39,663 bases of DNA from a virus (lineage: Duplodnaviria > Caudoviricetes), in the IMG/VR virus record IMGVR_UViG_3300029171_000022, positions 1 through 39,663 of that record, one strand, 5' to 3'. This document shows, one piece after another, positions 25,356 through 35,589 of this stretch (position 1 is the stretch's first letter; each line of letters begins with the position of its first letter). The position numbers were made by a program, and so were the translations under genes. The notes under the pieces are model-generated. The model had not been told where the DNA came from. It saw only the letters and a list, made by a program, of their open reading frames with translations, and did not search any database.

Positions 25356-26787
25356 GAAAGATCGCAAAAGAAAACCCCACAAGCAAAATAAATCAAAGAC
25401 AATTGTCACAAAGGTTGGGATCAACAACACCCCAGTGAATGTTCTGGCCAACAGAAAAGCCATCCTTGTTTTATATTCACCACATGAGGCCCAGCTTGCA
25501 TTCCACAACAACCCAGCCAGATTCTTGGTTGCAGCGTGGGGAAGACAAACAGGGAAGTCAACAGCAGCTCTGAATGACATGATGAAATTTGCTTGGGAGA
25601 ATAAGAACACCATCACATGGTTCATCTCTCCAACTTACAGACAGGCCAAGATCCAGTTCAGAAGGTTGCTCAAAATGCTGAGACCATGCATTGCTGTGGT
25701 TGCCAGAAAGTCAGAAACAGAACTCATGGTGATCCTTGCAAATGGCTCCAGCATCTTCTTTCAATCTGGCCAAGTCCTTGAGAACCTACGTTCTGAAACA
25801 CTCCACAGAGTTTATATTGATGAAGTGAGAGATCAACATCCAGATCTTTTTGAAATGGTTATCTATCCAATGTTGACCACCACTGGGGGTTCAGCAAGAT
25901 TCATCTCCACCCCCAATGGTTTTGATCAATTCTATGATATGAAGATCAAGGCTGATGAATGCACTGATGGCTCATGGGCTTTCCTTGCAGCTCCATCAAC
26001 GGCCAACCCACTGTTCACTGATGCTGAGTTGAGACAAGCCAAAAAGATCATGACTCCCAAAAAGTTCCAGCAAGAAATCATGGCTGAGTTCTTGGATCTT
26101 ACAAAAGGAAAAGCTTACTATTCAGCAACAGAAGCCAACCATTCAGTTGAATGTCCATTTGCAACTGGCAAGCTGATCAATCCAAATCTTCCAATCATTG
26201 TTGGGATGGACTTCAACTTGAATCCAATGTCATGGATCTTGATGCAAAAAAGAATTGATGACTGGTGGGCCTTTGATGAACTTTATTTGGAAGACTCCAA
26301 CACCCAAGAAGCATCAGTGGCGCTGGTTGAAAAGCTCAGAGAAATTGAAGCTGAGACTGGCTATGACTTGAAAAAATATGGATTGATTATTGTGGGGGAT
26401 GCCAGTGGAAAGTCTGGTCAAAGAGCAGCGGCTGGTCAATCTGACTATGACATAATTTACAATGAGCTGAAGAAAAATCAAATTGAGTTTGAAGATCTCA
26501 CCCCTGATTCAAATCCCATGGTCAAAGACAGGGTGAACACAGTCAACATGAAGTTCAAGAATGCCAACAATGAAATCAATTTTTGGTATCATCCAAAGCG
26601 CTGTCCAAGATTCAAGAAGGACACAGAGAGAGTCACATGGAAAGACAGCGTTGGAACCCCAGCTCTTGAAAAAAACAAAGACAGGGAACTCACCCACATG
26701 AGTGATGCAGCTGGTTATCCCATTTGTGTGTTGAGTCCTATCAAGGCAAATCAGAAACTTCCAACATTGAGAGTTGTCAGAAGATAG
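25306..26787 (+). CDS. terL: Terminase large subunit
   Basis: WGRQTGKS Walker A, VYIDE Walker B, ISTPNG, GMDFN nuclease Asp, HMSDAAGY; true start may be GTG 25327. Confidence 0.95.
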   Translation: MWLSGGLVQQSRRSQTKKDRKRKPHKQNKSKTIVTKVGINNTPVNVLANRKAILVLYSPHEAQLAFHNNPARFLVAAWGRQTGKSTAALNDMMKFAWENKNTITWFISPTYRQAKIQFRRLLKMLRPCIAVVARKSETELMVILANGSSIFFQSGQVLENLRSETLHRVYIDEVRDQHPDLFEMVIYPMLTTTGGSARFISTPNGFDQFYDMKIKADECTDGSWAFLAAPSTANPLFTDAELRQAKKIMTPKKFQQEIMAEFLDLTKGKAYYSATEANHSVECPFATGKLINPNLPIIVGMDFNLNPMSWILMQKRIDDWWAFDELYLEDSNTQEASVALVEKLREIEAETGYDLKKYGLIIVGDASGKSGQRAAAGQSDYDIIYNELKKNQIEFEDLTPDSNPMVKDRVNTVNMKFKNANNEINFWYHPKRCPRFKKDTERVTWKDSVGTPALEKNKDRELTHMSDAAGYPICVLSPIKANQKLPTLRVVRR

Positions 26788-27087
26788 TTTTTTTGCAACA
26801 ATGGTGGTTCAAACAAACATATTCACCAACCAAAGGGGTGTCACATGATTTCAATTTTAAGTTTCATCAGGTTTTCTCTCAAGTTTTTAAAGGGTTTTTT
26901 TGCAATTTTGGCTGGCCCACCAATCACTTTCATCAGCATTGTGAGGCTTAAAATTGAGCAATTCACAGCAAACTTCAGTGCAGTTTTGCATGGGGTTTTC
27001 ATGCTCCCAACCTTATTAAGAAAATAGGCAACGGAAAAGCAGGATTGTAAACTAGCTTTTTATCCAAGCCGCAAAACCAAGAGTGTG

Positions 27088-27119
27088 AACCCAGTTGGCA
27101 ACAGCTGGGTTTTTTATTT
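27088..27119 (+). terminator. Intrinsic terminator between packaging and head genes
   Basis: AACCCAGTTG-GCAA-CAGCTGGGTT, GNRA loop, T tract. Confidence 0.8.
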
Positions 27120-27155
27120 CTTGAATCTTTTGCAATTCAGTGGCTCAATCTTTTT

Positions 27156-28313
27156 GTGGCCATAAACTTATCCAAGTCAAAATATTATTCTCAGTTTGTT
27201 TATGACAGAGACATGGCTCTGGACAGACTTCTCATGAATTCCAGACTCAGACAAGCTGACATGATTGATCGCTCAATGACTCAAGTCCTAGACAGAATCA
27301 ACCACAGATATTCTGGGCTTTCAATTCTGAACCCCAAGAGCATCAGCCAGCTGGATGAAGAACTAGACCACATCATGAAATCCCTTGCAGTCCAGCTGTT
27401 CCATGAAGTAATGGAGCTTAGAAAAAAATCTTATATGCTGGCCCACCTTGGTGAAGCTCAAGCAATCTCTGGTGCTGCCAACATGATCCCAAAATTCAAA
27501 GCTGATCAAAGCACCCTTGATGATTTAAGGAATCACCCATGGCAAGCTGGCTCAGTTCTGGAAGTGATTGCACAGAACTTGAATGCAGTCAGAAGAAAAG
27601 TGATCACCAAAGTTGAAGAGTGTTTGCTTGGTGATGCTCCAGTTTCAGATGCTCTTTTTTATTCATTCAAACAATTCCCCAGAAAAAAACCAATCCCAAC
27701 CAAAGCACCACTGAAAAAAGTGAAGCCAAGGGAAGCCAACACCAAGCCAAAATTCTCTGTGACCAATGAAGTTGATGGTGCTGTTCTGGATGTTGGTCAA
27801 GGAAACTTCAGTCCATTTGTGTGGGATCAAGTCACATGGAACAAATTGTTGGAAGACTATCAAAAGGAATATATTAAAATTGATAGATCCCCAGCAGCAG
27901 TTTATTCATTGAAAGATCCATTGACTGATGATCCTGTCAAATTTGTTGATGGGATTTATGCTTGGGAAGTGGAGCAAGAAACCACCCATGACTTTGTTCA
28001 ACAAGTCAGAGCTGGTCAGATTGCAGCTGCCACAGCCCAAGGGATAGAAGATTTCATTGTGATCACAGTAATTGATGCCACAACTTGTGAATCATGCTGT
28101 GATGACTTTGGGTGCATTGATTTTGATGGCCTCAAGGTTTCTGAAATTATGGAGATGACCAAAAACAATTATTCCACCCCACCCTATCACTTCAATTGTC
28201 GATGCACACTAGCACCGATTTCTGAAGCTGATGAAGCATCTCTTGGAGATCTTTCAGAATATGGGGAGTGGGTTGCAGATGCAAAGGACTTTGACACATG
28301 GCTAAACAGTTAA
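27156..28313 (+). CDS. Minor head protein (SPP1 gp7 / Mu gpF-like)
   Basis: D.TTCESC and PPYHFNCRCTL motifs. Confidence 0.85.
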   Translation: MAINLSKSKYYSQFVYDRDMALDRLLMNSRLRQADMIDRSMTQVLDRINHRYSGLSILNPKSISQLDEELDHIMKSLAVQLFHEVMELRKKSYMLAHLGEAQAISGAANMIPKFKADQSTLDDLRNHPWQAGSVLEVIAQNLNAVRRKVITKVEECLLGDAPVSDALFYSFKQFPRKKPIPTKAPLKKVKPREANTKPKFSVTNEVDGAVLDVGQGNFSPFVWDQVTWNKLLEDYQKEYIKIDRSPAAVYSLKDPLTDDPVKFVDGIYAWEVEQETTHDFVQQVRAGQIAAATAQGIEDFIVITVIDATTCESCCDDFGCIDFDGLKVSEIMEMTKNNYSTPPYHFNCRCTLAPISEADEASLGDLSEYGEWVADAKDFDTWLNS

Positions 28314-30109
28314 GAAAAACAAGAAAACCCTACAAAAGAAAAAATCCAAAGACTGAGACAAAAGTCACAATCACAAAGCCATTGACAGTGAAGAGATCAA
28401 AGTCAGTTGATGAGCTTGACAAGATTTATTCTCCAGAAGAAATCCTTTCAAAGATTCCATCTGGCCCATCATTTGGATCAATGGTCAAAGAACTCAGAGA
28501 AAGCAAAGCTGAGATTGATGCCAGTGTTTATTGTTATGATGTGAAATCAAAAACCAACAAGCTTGTGAAGATGAACAGGGATCAATTTCTTGAAGCATTT
28601 GACAGAAGAAAGCCAGCAAAAATTCTCAGAGAAGCTGGACTCACAACATTTGACACTGGTGCTGGTGAATATTCCACCAAAGAAGATTCAGTCCCAATTC
28701 TTGGTGGGCCATTCAATAAACAGCTTTATCTATATGATTATTTAAAAATGCACAACCATGCTTTCAGAACCTACCATGAAGAACCTTTCGCCATGGACAC
28801 TGTGAACATCATCCATGACTTCACCTTGGGACGTGGCTTCAGAGTTGATGTCAGCAATGATGATGGCCCAAAAGGGAAGATGGCCTTGGCCCTGTGGAGA
28901 GCTTTTGAAGAGGTGAATGACCTTCAGAAGATGATGTCTGATTGGGTGAAAGAACGTGAAATTTATGGTGAACATTTTATCTATCAGATCCCCGACAATT
29001 ACACCAAAGATCATTATCAATTGAGGCCAGATCAAGAGCCAGCAAAGGGAATCATCCCAAGAGTGATGCTGATTGATCCTTCAACCATTTGGGAAGTGAT
29101 CACATTCCCAGAAGACATTTCAAGGGTGCTTGCTTATCAACAAGTATATCCAACACAATATCAACTTTATACATCAGACAAAGCCACTGGTGAAAAGGTT
29201 TCTGGTTCAAAATTTATTTACAGACAGCTTCAAGCTGACTCAATCATCCATTCAAAAATCAACTGTGTTTCAAATGAAAAGCGTGGGAGATCAACCTTCT
29301 ATCCAATCATTGGATATTTGAAAAGACTGAAGGACTCAATCAACTATTCTTTATTGTCACAGATCAAACAATCAGCGTGGTCAATTGACACTGAGATTGA
29401 TGGAAACCAAGAAGACATTGATGCTTATACTGCATCAGTTGAATCACTTGGAAACATCCCAGCAGCTGGATCTGAGTTCATCCACTCAACCAAAGTCCAG
29501 AGAAAATTCATTGCAAATGAAGGTGCTGGAAAATCTGCTGCTGGGGGTGGGACTTGGGACTTTGCTTTCTCCATGGCTTGCATTGGGGTGGGAATTCCCC
29601 AGCAATATTATGGAACCCACTTGAGTGGTGGAACAACAAAAGCCACAGCAATTGTGGCCACAGAACCAGTGGCAAAGAAGTTTGAATGCAAGCAGCAAGA
29701 TGTGGAAAAGGTCATCAAGCAATTGGCCAAGAATCTATTCTCAAAATTTGGTGTTGCTGGGGTGGACATTGAAGTGACTTTCCCTGAAGTTGTTGTCCAA
29801 AACAGAACTGAAAAAATCAAAGATGTTGCTGCTGCCAAGCAGATGAAAATCATCAGCAATGAGAGAGCTTCAAACATCATTGCAAAAGAGCTTCAGATCA
29901 CCAACTATGACTTCAAAAAAGAACAAGAAGCCATCAAGAGAGAGTCACTTGAAGGTGATGATGGTGCTGATCCACTGGGCAAAAATCCAGCAGCACCAAG
30001 CCCAATTGATTCACCCTTGACAGCTCCAGCAAAATTGTCTCAGACTGGTGGTGACGTTCAAGCCATAAGTAATAAGACCAAAAACTCTGTGGAGAAATCA
30101 TCACCATGA
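28298..30109 (+). CDS. Portal protein
   Basis: 603 aa; IYGE.FI, IIH.KIN...EKRGRS, GIPQQYYG, IEVTFP portal-like motifs; position. Confidence 0.85.
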   Translation: MAKQLRKTRKPYKRKNPKTETKVTITKPLTVKRSKSVDELDKIYSPEEILSKIPSGPSFGSMVKELRESKAEIDASVYCYDVKSKTNKLVKMNRDQFLEAFDRRKPAKILREAGLTTFDTGAGEYSTKEDSVPILGGPFNKQLYLYDYLKMHNHAFRTYHEEPFAMDTVNIIHDFTLGRGFRVDVSNDDGPKGKMALALWRAFEEVNDLQKMMSDWVKEREIYGEHFIYQIPDNYTKDHYQLRPDQEPAKGIIPRVMLIDPSTIWEVITFPEDISRVLAYQQVYPTQYQLYTSDKATGEKVSGSKFIYRQLQADSIIHSKINCVSNEKRGRSTFYPIIGYLKRLKDSINYSLLSQIKQSAWSIDTEIDGNQEDIDAYTASVESLGNIPAAGSEFIHSTKVQRKFIANEGAGKSAAGGGTWDFAFSMACIGVGIPQQYYGTHLSGGTTKATAIVATEPVAKKFECKQQDVEKVIKQLAKNLFSKFGVAGVDIEVTFPEVVVQNRTEKIKDVAAAKQMKIISNERASNIIAKELQITNYDFKKEQEAIKRESLEGDDGADPLGKNPAAPSPIDSPLTAPAKLSQTGGDVQAISNKTKNSVEKSSP

Positions 30110-30498
30110 ATGGAAGAGAGAGATTTGAATTGTGGGAATCAGCTGCAACAAATGACTTGATGGCAAATCCTGAAAAATATGGTGCTCCAACATTTGAACA
30201 ATTCAAGGCAAGACGTGACCACTACAAAAAAAACCACAACACATCTTTTGGCAACATTGAGCGTGGTGGTGAAATTGCAAACAGGTTCACAAAAAAACAA
30301 ATTTATGAAATCAATGGTTATAGATGCAAGACTCTGGAAGAGGTTGAAAAGGTTGCTTTGTCCATGGGACTTAATTTGCAAACACTTTCCAACAACTATC
30401 AAGCACAGTTTTTGCCACTAGGTGGTGGCCAAGCTGAAGTCCTTGTGAAATTTATGACTCCAGAAGAAAGACAAAGAAGGAATGGGCCAAATGAATAA
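30106..30498 (+). CDS. Hypothetical head-module protein
   Basis: 130 aa coupled between portal and protease. Confidence 0.65.
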   Translation: MNGRERFELWESAATNDLMANPEKYGAPTFEQFKARRDHYKKNHNTSFGNIERGGEIANRFTKKQIYEINGYRCKTLEEVEKVALSMGLNLQTLSNNYQAQFLPLGGGQAEVLVKFMTPEERQRRNGPNE

Positions 30499-32209
30499 AA
30501 GCAAAGTTGTGAAAAGCAAGGATGCTCAATTGGCTAGGATGGCCAACTCTAAACAGTCAGCCATCAAAAGGTTTGTGAAAATCATCAGAGAATCTTCTGG
30601 TGTTTCTGTGACAGAAGTCACAGCTGAAGAGTTGATCAACCAAGCCATCATTGACAATCCAGACATGAAAGCTTCAACATTTTACAACACATTGAAGTCC
30701 ATGGGGATTCAATTTGTTAAGTCATCACAGCAAGTAAAGCAAGCTGATTCAACATCAGTGGCTCCACAAAACTTGAGACAAGAATCCAAAAGGATCAATC
30801 ACAAGCTGGCCATCAAAACCAACCACTTCACAGAATCCATCTCAGCTGAAAAGCCAAAAGATGGGATGGTTGGGTTTGTTAAGTTTGGGACAATCTTACT
30901 TCAAGAAGGAATGGGAAACTTTGGAACTTCTTTTTTCTATACTAAAGAAGCGCTGAAATCAGCCATCCCAGTTTTTGAAGGGAAGAAATGCTTTGCTGAT
31001 CACCCCAAGGAATCAGAAGAAATTGACAGGCCAGAGCGCTCTGTCAGAGATGTCCTTGGTTATTTCAAAAATGTTCGATATGAAGAGAGCGCTTCAGGAC
31101 GTGGACAACTTTGTGGGGATCTTGCGATCTCGCCAGAGAAGCCATTTGACTGGGCCAGATCACTGATGACCATTGCTGTTGAATATTCAAAAGAGTTCCC
31201 AGACAAAGACTTTGTTGGACTTTCAATCAATGCTTCTGGTGATGCATCAAGAACTCCAATTGAAAGCATGATGGAATCAGGGGTGTGTGATGAAGTGAAA
31301 CAAAAAATGGTGAAAGCCAGAGATGAATTTGGCATCACTGAACTTGAAGTTGTATATAAATTTGATGAAGCTGTTTCTTGTGATCTGGTGACAGAAGCTG
31401 GAGCAGCTGGAAAAATTAAACTTTTAATGGAAGGAAACCACATGAAAGACAAGAACAAAAAGAAAAAAGAGTCAGAAGTCCCAGAGAAAGAAGTTGGAGC
31501 TGAAGGTCAAGAATCTTCACAAGCTGCTGGTCATGATGATGCTGAACAGGATGCTGTGCTTATCCAAAAAATGATCTCCAAATATATGGGGGATGATGCT
31601 GTTGCTTCAGATGAAGAGTGTGGCATTGTGAAAGAAGCTTATCAGGCTTGTACTGAAATGGGGATGTCACCAGAAGATTCAGAGAAACACGCTGTGAACA
31701 CCATGAAGATGTCAAAACACATGGCTTCAAAGCAAGCTGAAGCTGACAAAAAAGAAGCTGATGAAAAGGCTGTCAAAGAAGCTGATGAATCTGCAAAAAA
31801 AGAATCAGATGACAAAGATGCTGATGATGCAAAAGAGAAAAAAGAATCTGCTGCACCAGTTGAATCTGATGAAGTTAAAAAGCTGAAAGAAGCCAATGCA
31901 AAACTCCAAGGTGAGAACACTGCACTGGTTGCCAAGCTTGGAAACTATGACATCCAAAATCATATTGAAAAGATTTGCAAAGAGTCTGGTCTAAAAACAG
32001 AAGTGACAAAAAAATTCAGAGAGGCAGTCAAAGAATTGAAGTCAGTTTCTGATATTGACAAGACTTGGAAAACTTGGAAGTCAGCATTTGATTCAATCAA
32101 TGAATCAGTTGTGGTTCACAACTTTGCTGAGTCCATTGCATTAAACCCAGAAAAGCAGTCAGCTTCATCAGGCAGTGGTGACTTTGCTGATTCAATTTCT
32201 AAGAACTAA
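30491..32209 (+). CDS. Prohead protease-scaffold fusion
   Basis: FADHP (His), GLSINASG (Ser), SCDLVTEAGA (Asp), followed by acidic/coiled-coil scaffold region. Confidence 0.85.
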   Translation: MNKSKVVKSKDAQLARMANSKQSAIKRFVKIIRESSGVSVTEVTAEELINQAIIDNPDMKASTFYNTLKSMGIQFVKSSQQVKQADSTSVAPQNLRQESKRINHKLAIKTNHFTESISAEKPKDGMVGFVKFGTILLQEGMGNFGTSFFYTKEALKSAIPVFEGKKCFADHPKESEEIDRPERSVRDVLGYFKNVRYEESASGRGQLCGDLAISPEKPFDWARSLMTIAVEYSKEFPDKDFVGLSINASGDASRTPIESMMESGVCDEVKQKMVKARDEFGITELEVVYKFDEAVSCDLVTEAGAAGKIKLLMEGNHMKDKNKKKKESEVPEKEVGAEGQESSQAAGHDDAEQDAVLIQKMISKYMGDDAVASDEECGIVKEAYQACTEMGMSPEDSEKHAVNTMKMSKHMASKQAEADKKEADEKAVKEADESAKKESDDKDADDAKEKKESAAPVESDEVKKLKEANAKLQGENTALVAKLGNYDIQNHIEKICKESGLKTEVTKKFREAVKELKSVSDIDKTWKTWKSAFDSINESVVVHNFAESIALNPEKQSASSGSGDFADSISKN

Positions 32210-32234
32210 AAACAATTAAACATAGGAGAATATC

Positions 32235-32720
32235 ATGAAAGGTATTAACAACATAAAAAGAACTATCGCACCAAACCAAATCTTTCCTTCAGCCCAAGGA
32301 CTGGTTGACAACACAATCAGCTGGAAACAAGGTGACTTGCTTTTCTTTGATGGTGCTGCAAATTTAATTAAGCCCTTAGCAGTTGATGCTGATGCTGCAA
32401 CACTTTTGGGTGTGGCACTTCAATCAGTAGCAGCTGGTGTTCAAGATGGCCCTTACACTGGCTTGACTGACACAACCCCATCTAGTGGCGGCTTAAGTGG
32501 CCCACAGTTTGGTGTTGAAGTTGAGTTGACATTGAAGACTGGTGACACTCTTGCTGCTGGTGATGTTCTTTATGCATCTGGCCCAAGTGAAGTTTCTGTT
32601 GCTGGAACAAAAGTGATTGGTGTCTACACTGGAAACAAAGCAGTTGTTGCAGCTCCAGCTGGAACAAAGGTTCTGTTGCACTTAGGTGCAAGATTCCCAC
32701 AAGACACATTGAGAATGTAA
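32235..32720 (+). CDS. Head decoration/cement protein
   Basis: 161 aa directly before the MCP; GD.L...LGVA...AGDVLY...IG beta-tulip-like pattern. Confidence 0.7.
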   Translation: MKGINNIKRTIAPNQIFPSAQGLVDNTISWKQGDLLFFDGAANLIKPLAVDADAATLLGVALQSVAAGVQDGPYTGLTDTTPSSGGLSGPQFGVEVELTLKTGDTLAAGDVLYASGPSEVSVAGTKVIGVYTGNKAVVAAPAGTKVLLHLGARFPQDTLRM

Positions 32721-32748
32721 TTAAAACAATTTAACAAAGGACAAATGA

Positions 32749-33975
32749 ATGAAAAATTTATTTAATAAAAAGCCAATGACAATGAAAGAACGCAATGAAG
32801 CGCAACTTGTGAAAAACATCATGGAGAGCGATCACATCAAGACCATGGTTGCATCATTAAAGTTTTTGGAAACAAAACTTGGGATGCAAGGTTTGTCAGA
32901 TGCTCTGATGAACACATCTGGAAAGTATGACTTCAGTGAAGGTGGCAACATCTCTTTGAGGGGTGCAAAGCGTAGATTTGAAGAGGCTGATTCAACATCA
33001 GGCTTCACTCAGTTCTTGAGAGCTGGGGTTCAGCAATTATTGACTGATGGATATATCAACTCAGACAGAACTTACACTGACTGGGCCACTGTTGTTCCAT
33101 CAAAGAAAGCTTCTGAATTGTACGCTCCAAACCATGGTGTGGCTTTCCCAAAACAAGTTGGTGAAGATGAAATCTATCCTGAAGTTGGTGCTGCTGCATT
33201 AGATCTTCAATTGAAAAACAACAAATATGGATCAATGATGTCAGTGACAAAAGAAATGATTGATGATGATCAAACAGCTTCTTTCTCACAAAATGCATCA
33301 CAGCTTGGTGAATATTTGGCAATTCTTGAAGAGGTTCTTTGCTATGGAAAATTAGCAAGTGCTGCAAATATGTCTTATGGTGGATATAACATTCCACAAT
33401 CTGAGACAAAGCCATCTTATGAAGCTGGGCCTTATCCATGGGCAACTCCAGCGGCTCCATTGCGTGGTGGTGGTGTGACTCGTTTTGCTGCCCACCAAGC
33501 TTTTGGTCAGGTTGCGCTTCAGTCAGCAAGAAACCAATTGAGACATCAAAAAAATCTTCAAGGTTTATTGATGGCTGTTCAAGGTCGCAGAGTGATCATT
33601 GGAACAAAGAATGAATATGATGCTTCTGTGTTGTTGAATTCAGCTTACTATCCTTCTGGTGCAGCAGCTGCTGGTGCAACTGGTGGAGCGTTCTCAAACA
33701 ATCCATTGAAAGGTTTGTTTGATCTGACTGTTGCCACTTATATGTTTGATCAGAATGGTCAAGTGACTGCTGATTCAAAAGCGTGGTATGTGGCAGATGC
33801 CAAAAAACCATGGTTCATCCTTCAGCAGCGTGAAGGTGCAAATGTGGTTCAAGAAGCGCCAAACAGTGGTGCAAGCTTTGAGAAAGACGTGATGAGATTC
33901 AAAGGTTCAGAGAGAATGAATGCTGACTTTGTTGATCCACGCTTTGCTTTCCAAGGTTCTGATGGTTCTGTTTAG
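32749..33975 (+). CDS. Major capsid protein (Mu gpT-like, HK97 fold)
   Basis: VGEDEIYPE...KYGSMMSVTKEMIDDD...NPLKG...AWY...D.RFA motifs. Confidence 0.9.
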   Translation: MKNLFNKKPMTMKERNEAQLVKNIMESDHIKTMVASLKFLETKLGMQGLSDALMNTSGKYDFSEGGNISLRGAKRRFEEADSTSGFTQFLRAGVQQLLTDGYINSDRTYTDWATVVPSKKASELYAPNHGVAFPKQVGEDEIYPEVGAAALDLQLKNNKYGSMMSVTKEMIDDDQTASFSQNASQLGEYLAILEEVLCYGKLASAANMSYGGYNIPQSETKPSYEAGPYPWATPAAPLRGGGVTRFAAHQAFGQVALQSARNQLRHQKNLQGLLMAVQGRRVIIGTKNEYDASVLLNSAYYPSGAAAAGATGGAFSNNPLKGLFDLTVATYMFDQNGQVTADSKAWYVADAKKPWFILQQREGANVVQEAPNSGASFEKDVMRFKGSERMNADFVDPRFAFQGSDGSV

Positions 33976-33986
33976 TAGATAGTTTA

Positions 33987-34030
33987 TCAGGCTGGGGTGT
34001 GTGATTATTGATCCACCCCAGCTGACTTTT
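33987..34030 (+). terminator. Terminator/stabilising hairpin after the capsid gene
   Basis: GCTGGGGTG/CACCCCAGC 9-bp stem followed by TTTT. Confidence 0.7.
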
Positions 34031-34046
34031 AACATGGGAGAGTTTT

Positions 34047-34487
34047 ATGGCTAAGAATAAAATGGTGAAACCAAAATCAGTGACAAAAGTCACATCATCT
34101 GATGAAGCTGTTAAAGCTGCAAAAGGTGCAACTGGCAATTCATCAAAAGGATCTGAATCTGGCCAACTGGCCAAAGCACAAGCAACAGTCAATAAGAACA
34201 CTCAGCTGAGTGGGATTCCTGAGTTGGTTGCTGGTGACAAAGTGAAGTATGTGAAGCATGAATGGGCTGGTGCAAGACAGGCTTTTCCAGCACACAAATC
34301 TCAATGGTATGTGGATCTGTTTTTCCCTTATGCTCAGGGTGGGCCACTGTTCATTGATCAAATTAAAAATGAAACCCACAAGAAAACTCTTGTGGAGAAA
34401 CTTAAAACAATGAAAAAACTTGGTCACAGATACTTGCAATTGACAAGTGACATGGATGTGACTGCTGCATTGGAACAATTAGCATGA
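34047..34487 (+). CDS. Hypothetical protein, possible degenerate DUF559/Vsr-like fold
   Basis: Low-complexity N-terminus; WYVDLFFP...LFID...MKKLGHRYL. Confidence 0.5.
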   Translation: MAKNKMVKPKSVTKVTSSDEAVKAAKGATGNSSKGSESGQLAKAQATVNKNTQLSGIPELVAGDKVKYVKHEWAGARQAFPAHKSQWYVDLFFPYAQGGPLFIDQIKNETHKKTLVEKLKTMKKLGHRYLQLTSDMDVTAALEQLA

Positions 34488-35119
34488 CATGGACAACGGC
34501 CAAGGCTGAACTCAGAAAACTGATCAGTGATGATTCCACAGACAAAAGAACCATCAAAAAAGAATGCATTGGCTTGGTTAATGGAACCAACAAACAATTC
34601 ATCACTTTTGATTATAGAAGAACCACAGACTTCACAGCTGCGAATCCATTCCCTTTGGGGGTGTTTGTGGATGGTGCTTCTGTGGCTGTCACATTGGATG
34701 ATCCAGCCAGTGGGGTGTTTGAGCTTGCTGTGGCTCCAGCATTGAACAAAAAAGTTGAAGCCACATATTTCTCTCAATGGTTCTTGGATGCCAACCTTGA
34801 CCAATATCTGAAGGATTCAGCGCTGTTTTGTCGTGCTGCTGATGTGGACACAATTTCACCACAGCTGAGACACGCTGCTTTGAAATATGCAGCTGCTGAA
34901 GCTTATCAGTTCTTGTCATTATTTTGGGCAAGACAAACATCTGAAGCCTTCAAGCTGAATGATGCCATGGAGAAAGACAGATTTGCTCTTGTGAAATCTT
35001 ATGCTGACATGGCCAAGACTTTCAGGTCTGAGGCCACTGTTGTCAGAGATGATTTTTATGAAAGATCTGGGACTCAAAAATCACCATCATGGAACTTCAC
35101 CAACAGGGGAGTGAGATGA
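34484..35119 (+). CDS. Head-tail adaptor/connector protein
   Basis: ELRKLISD N-terminus, helical AALKYAAAEA C-terminus; position. Confidence 0.65.
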   Translation: MTWTTAKAELRKLISDDSTDKRTIKKECIGLVNGTNKQFITFDYRRTTDFTAANPFPLGVFVDGASVAVTLDDPASGVFELAVAPALNKKVEATYFSQWFLDANLDQYLKDSALFCRAADVDTISPQLRHAALKYAAAEAYQFLSLFWARQTSEAFKLNDAMEKDRFALVKSYADMAKTFRSEATVVRDDFYERSGTQKSPSWNFTNRGVR

Positions 35120-35589
35120 AGGTCAAAGTAAGTCTCAGTATGATTGAACAAACCCAATCTCTGGCTCTGAAAAGACTCAGACTGATGGTGAAGAATGGCA
35201 AAAACTCAAGATCATTTCTTCAACTCAAAGCCTATCCAGTTTATATCAAAGCCCAAATGAAAAGATGGATGACTGAGAATGAATCCCAAGGGCCACGCTG
35301 GAAAGCTTTAAATCCAAAATATGCAGCTCAAAAAAGAAGAGACTGGCAAGGCTGGATTGGCAATGGCCAGAAGATGATGATTGCATCTGGAAGATTATAT
35401 CAGTCAGTCATTGGTTCTGGTGGTGGACACTTCAAAATGATCACAGACAAAGAAATGATTGTGGGGACTGATGTCCCTTATGCAAAATATGCTGGAGCAC
35501 AAAGAACAATCACGGCCTTTGACAAAAGATTTGTTGCTACATTAAAAGCTGACTGGATCAAATTCATGACTTCTGGGAAGGGGGACTGA
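35116..35589 (+). CDS. Virion morphogenesis/tail completion protein (Mu gpG / P2 gpS-like)
   Basis: WKALNPKY...SGRLYQSV...VGTDVPYAKY. Confidence 0.75.
   Translation: MKVKVSLSMIEQTQSLALKRLRLMVKNGKNSRSFLQLKAYPVYIKAQMKRWMTENESQGPRWKALNPKYAAQKRRDWQGWIGNGQKMMIASGRLYQSVIGSGGGHFKMITDKEMIVGTDVPYAKYAGAQRTITAFDKRFVATLKADWIKFMTSGKGD

Noticed and set aside
31700-31870. Repetitive GAAGCTGA/GATG-rich DNA
   Set aside because: Low-complexity KEAD scaffold coding sequence.
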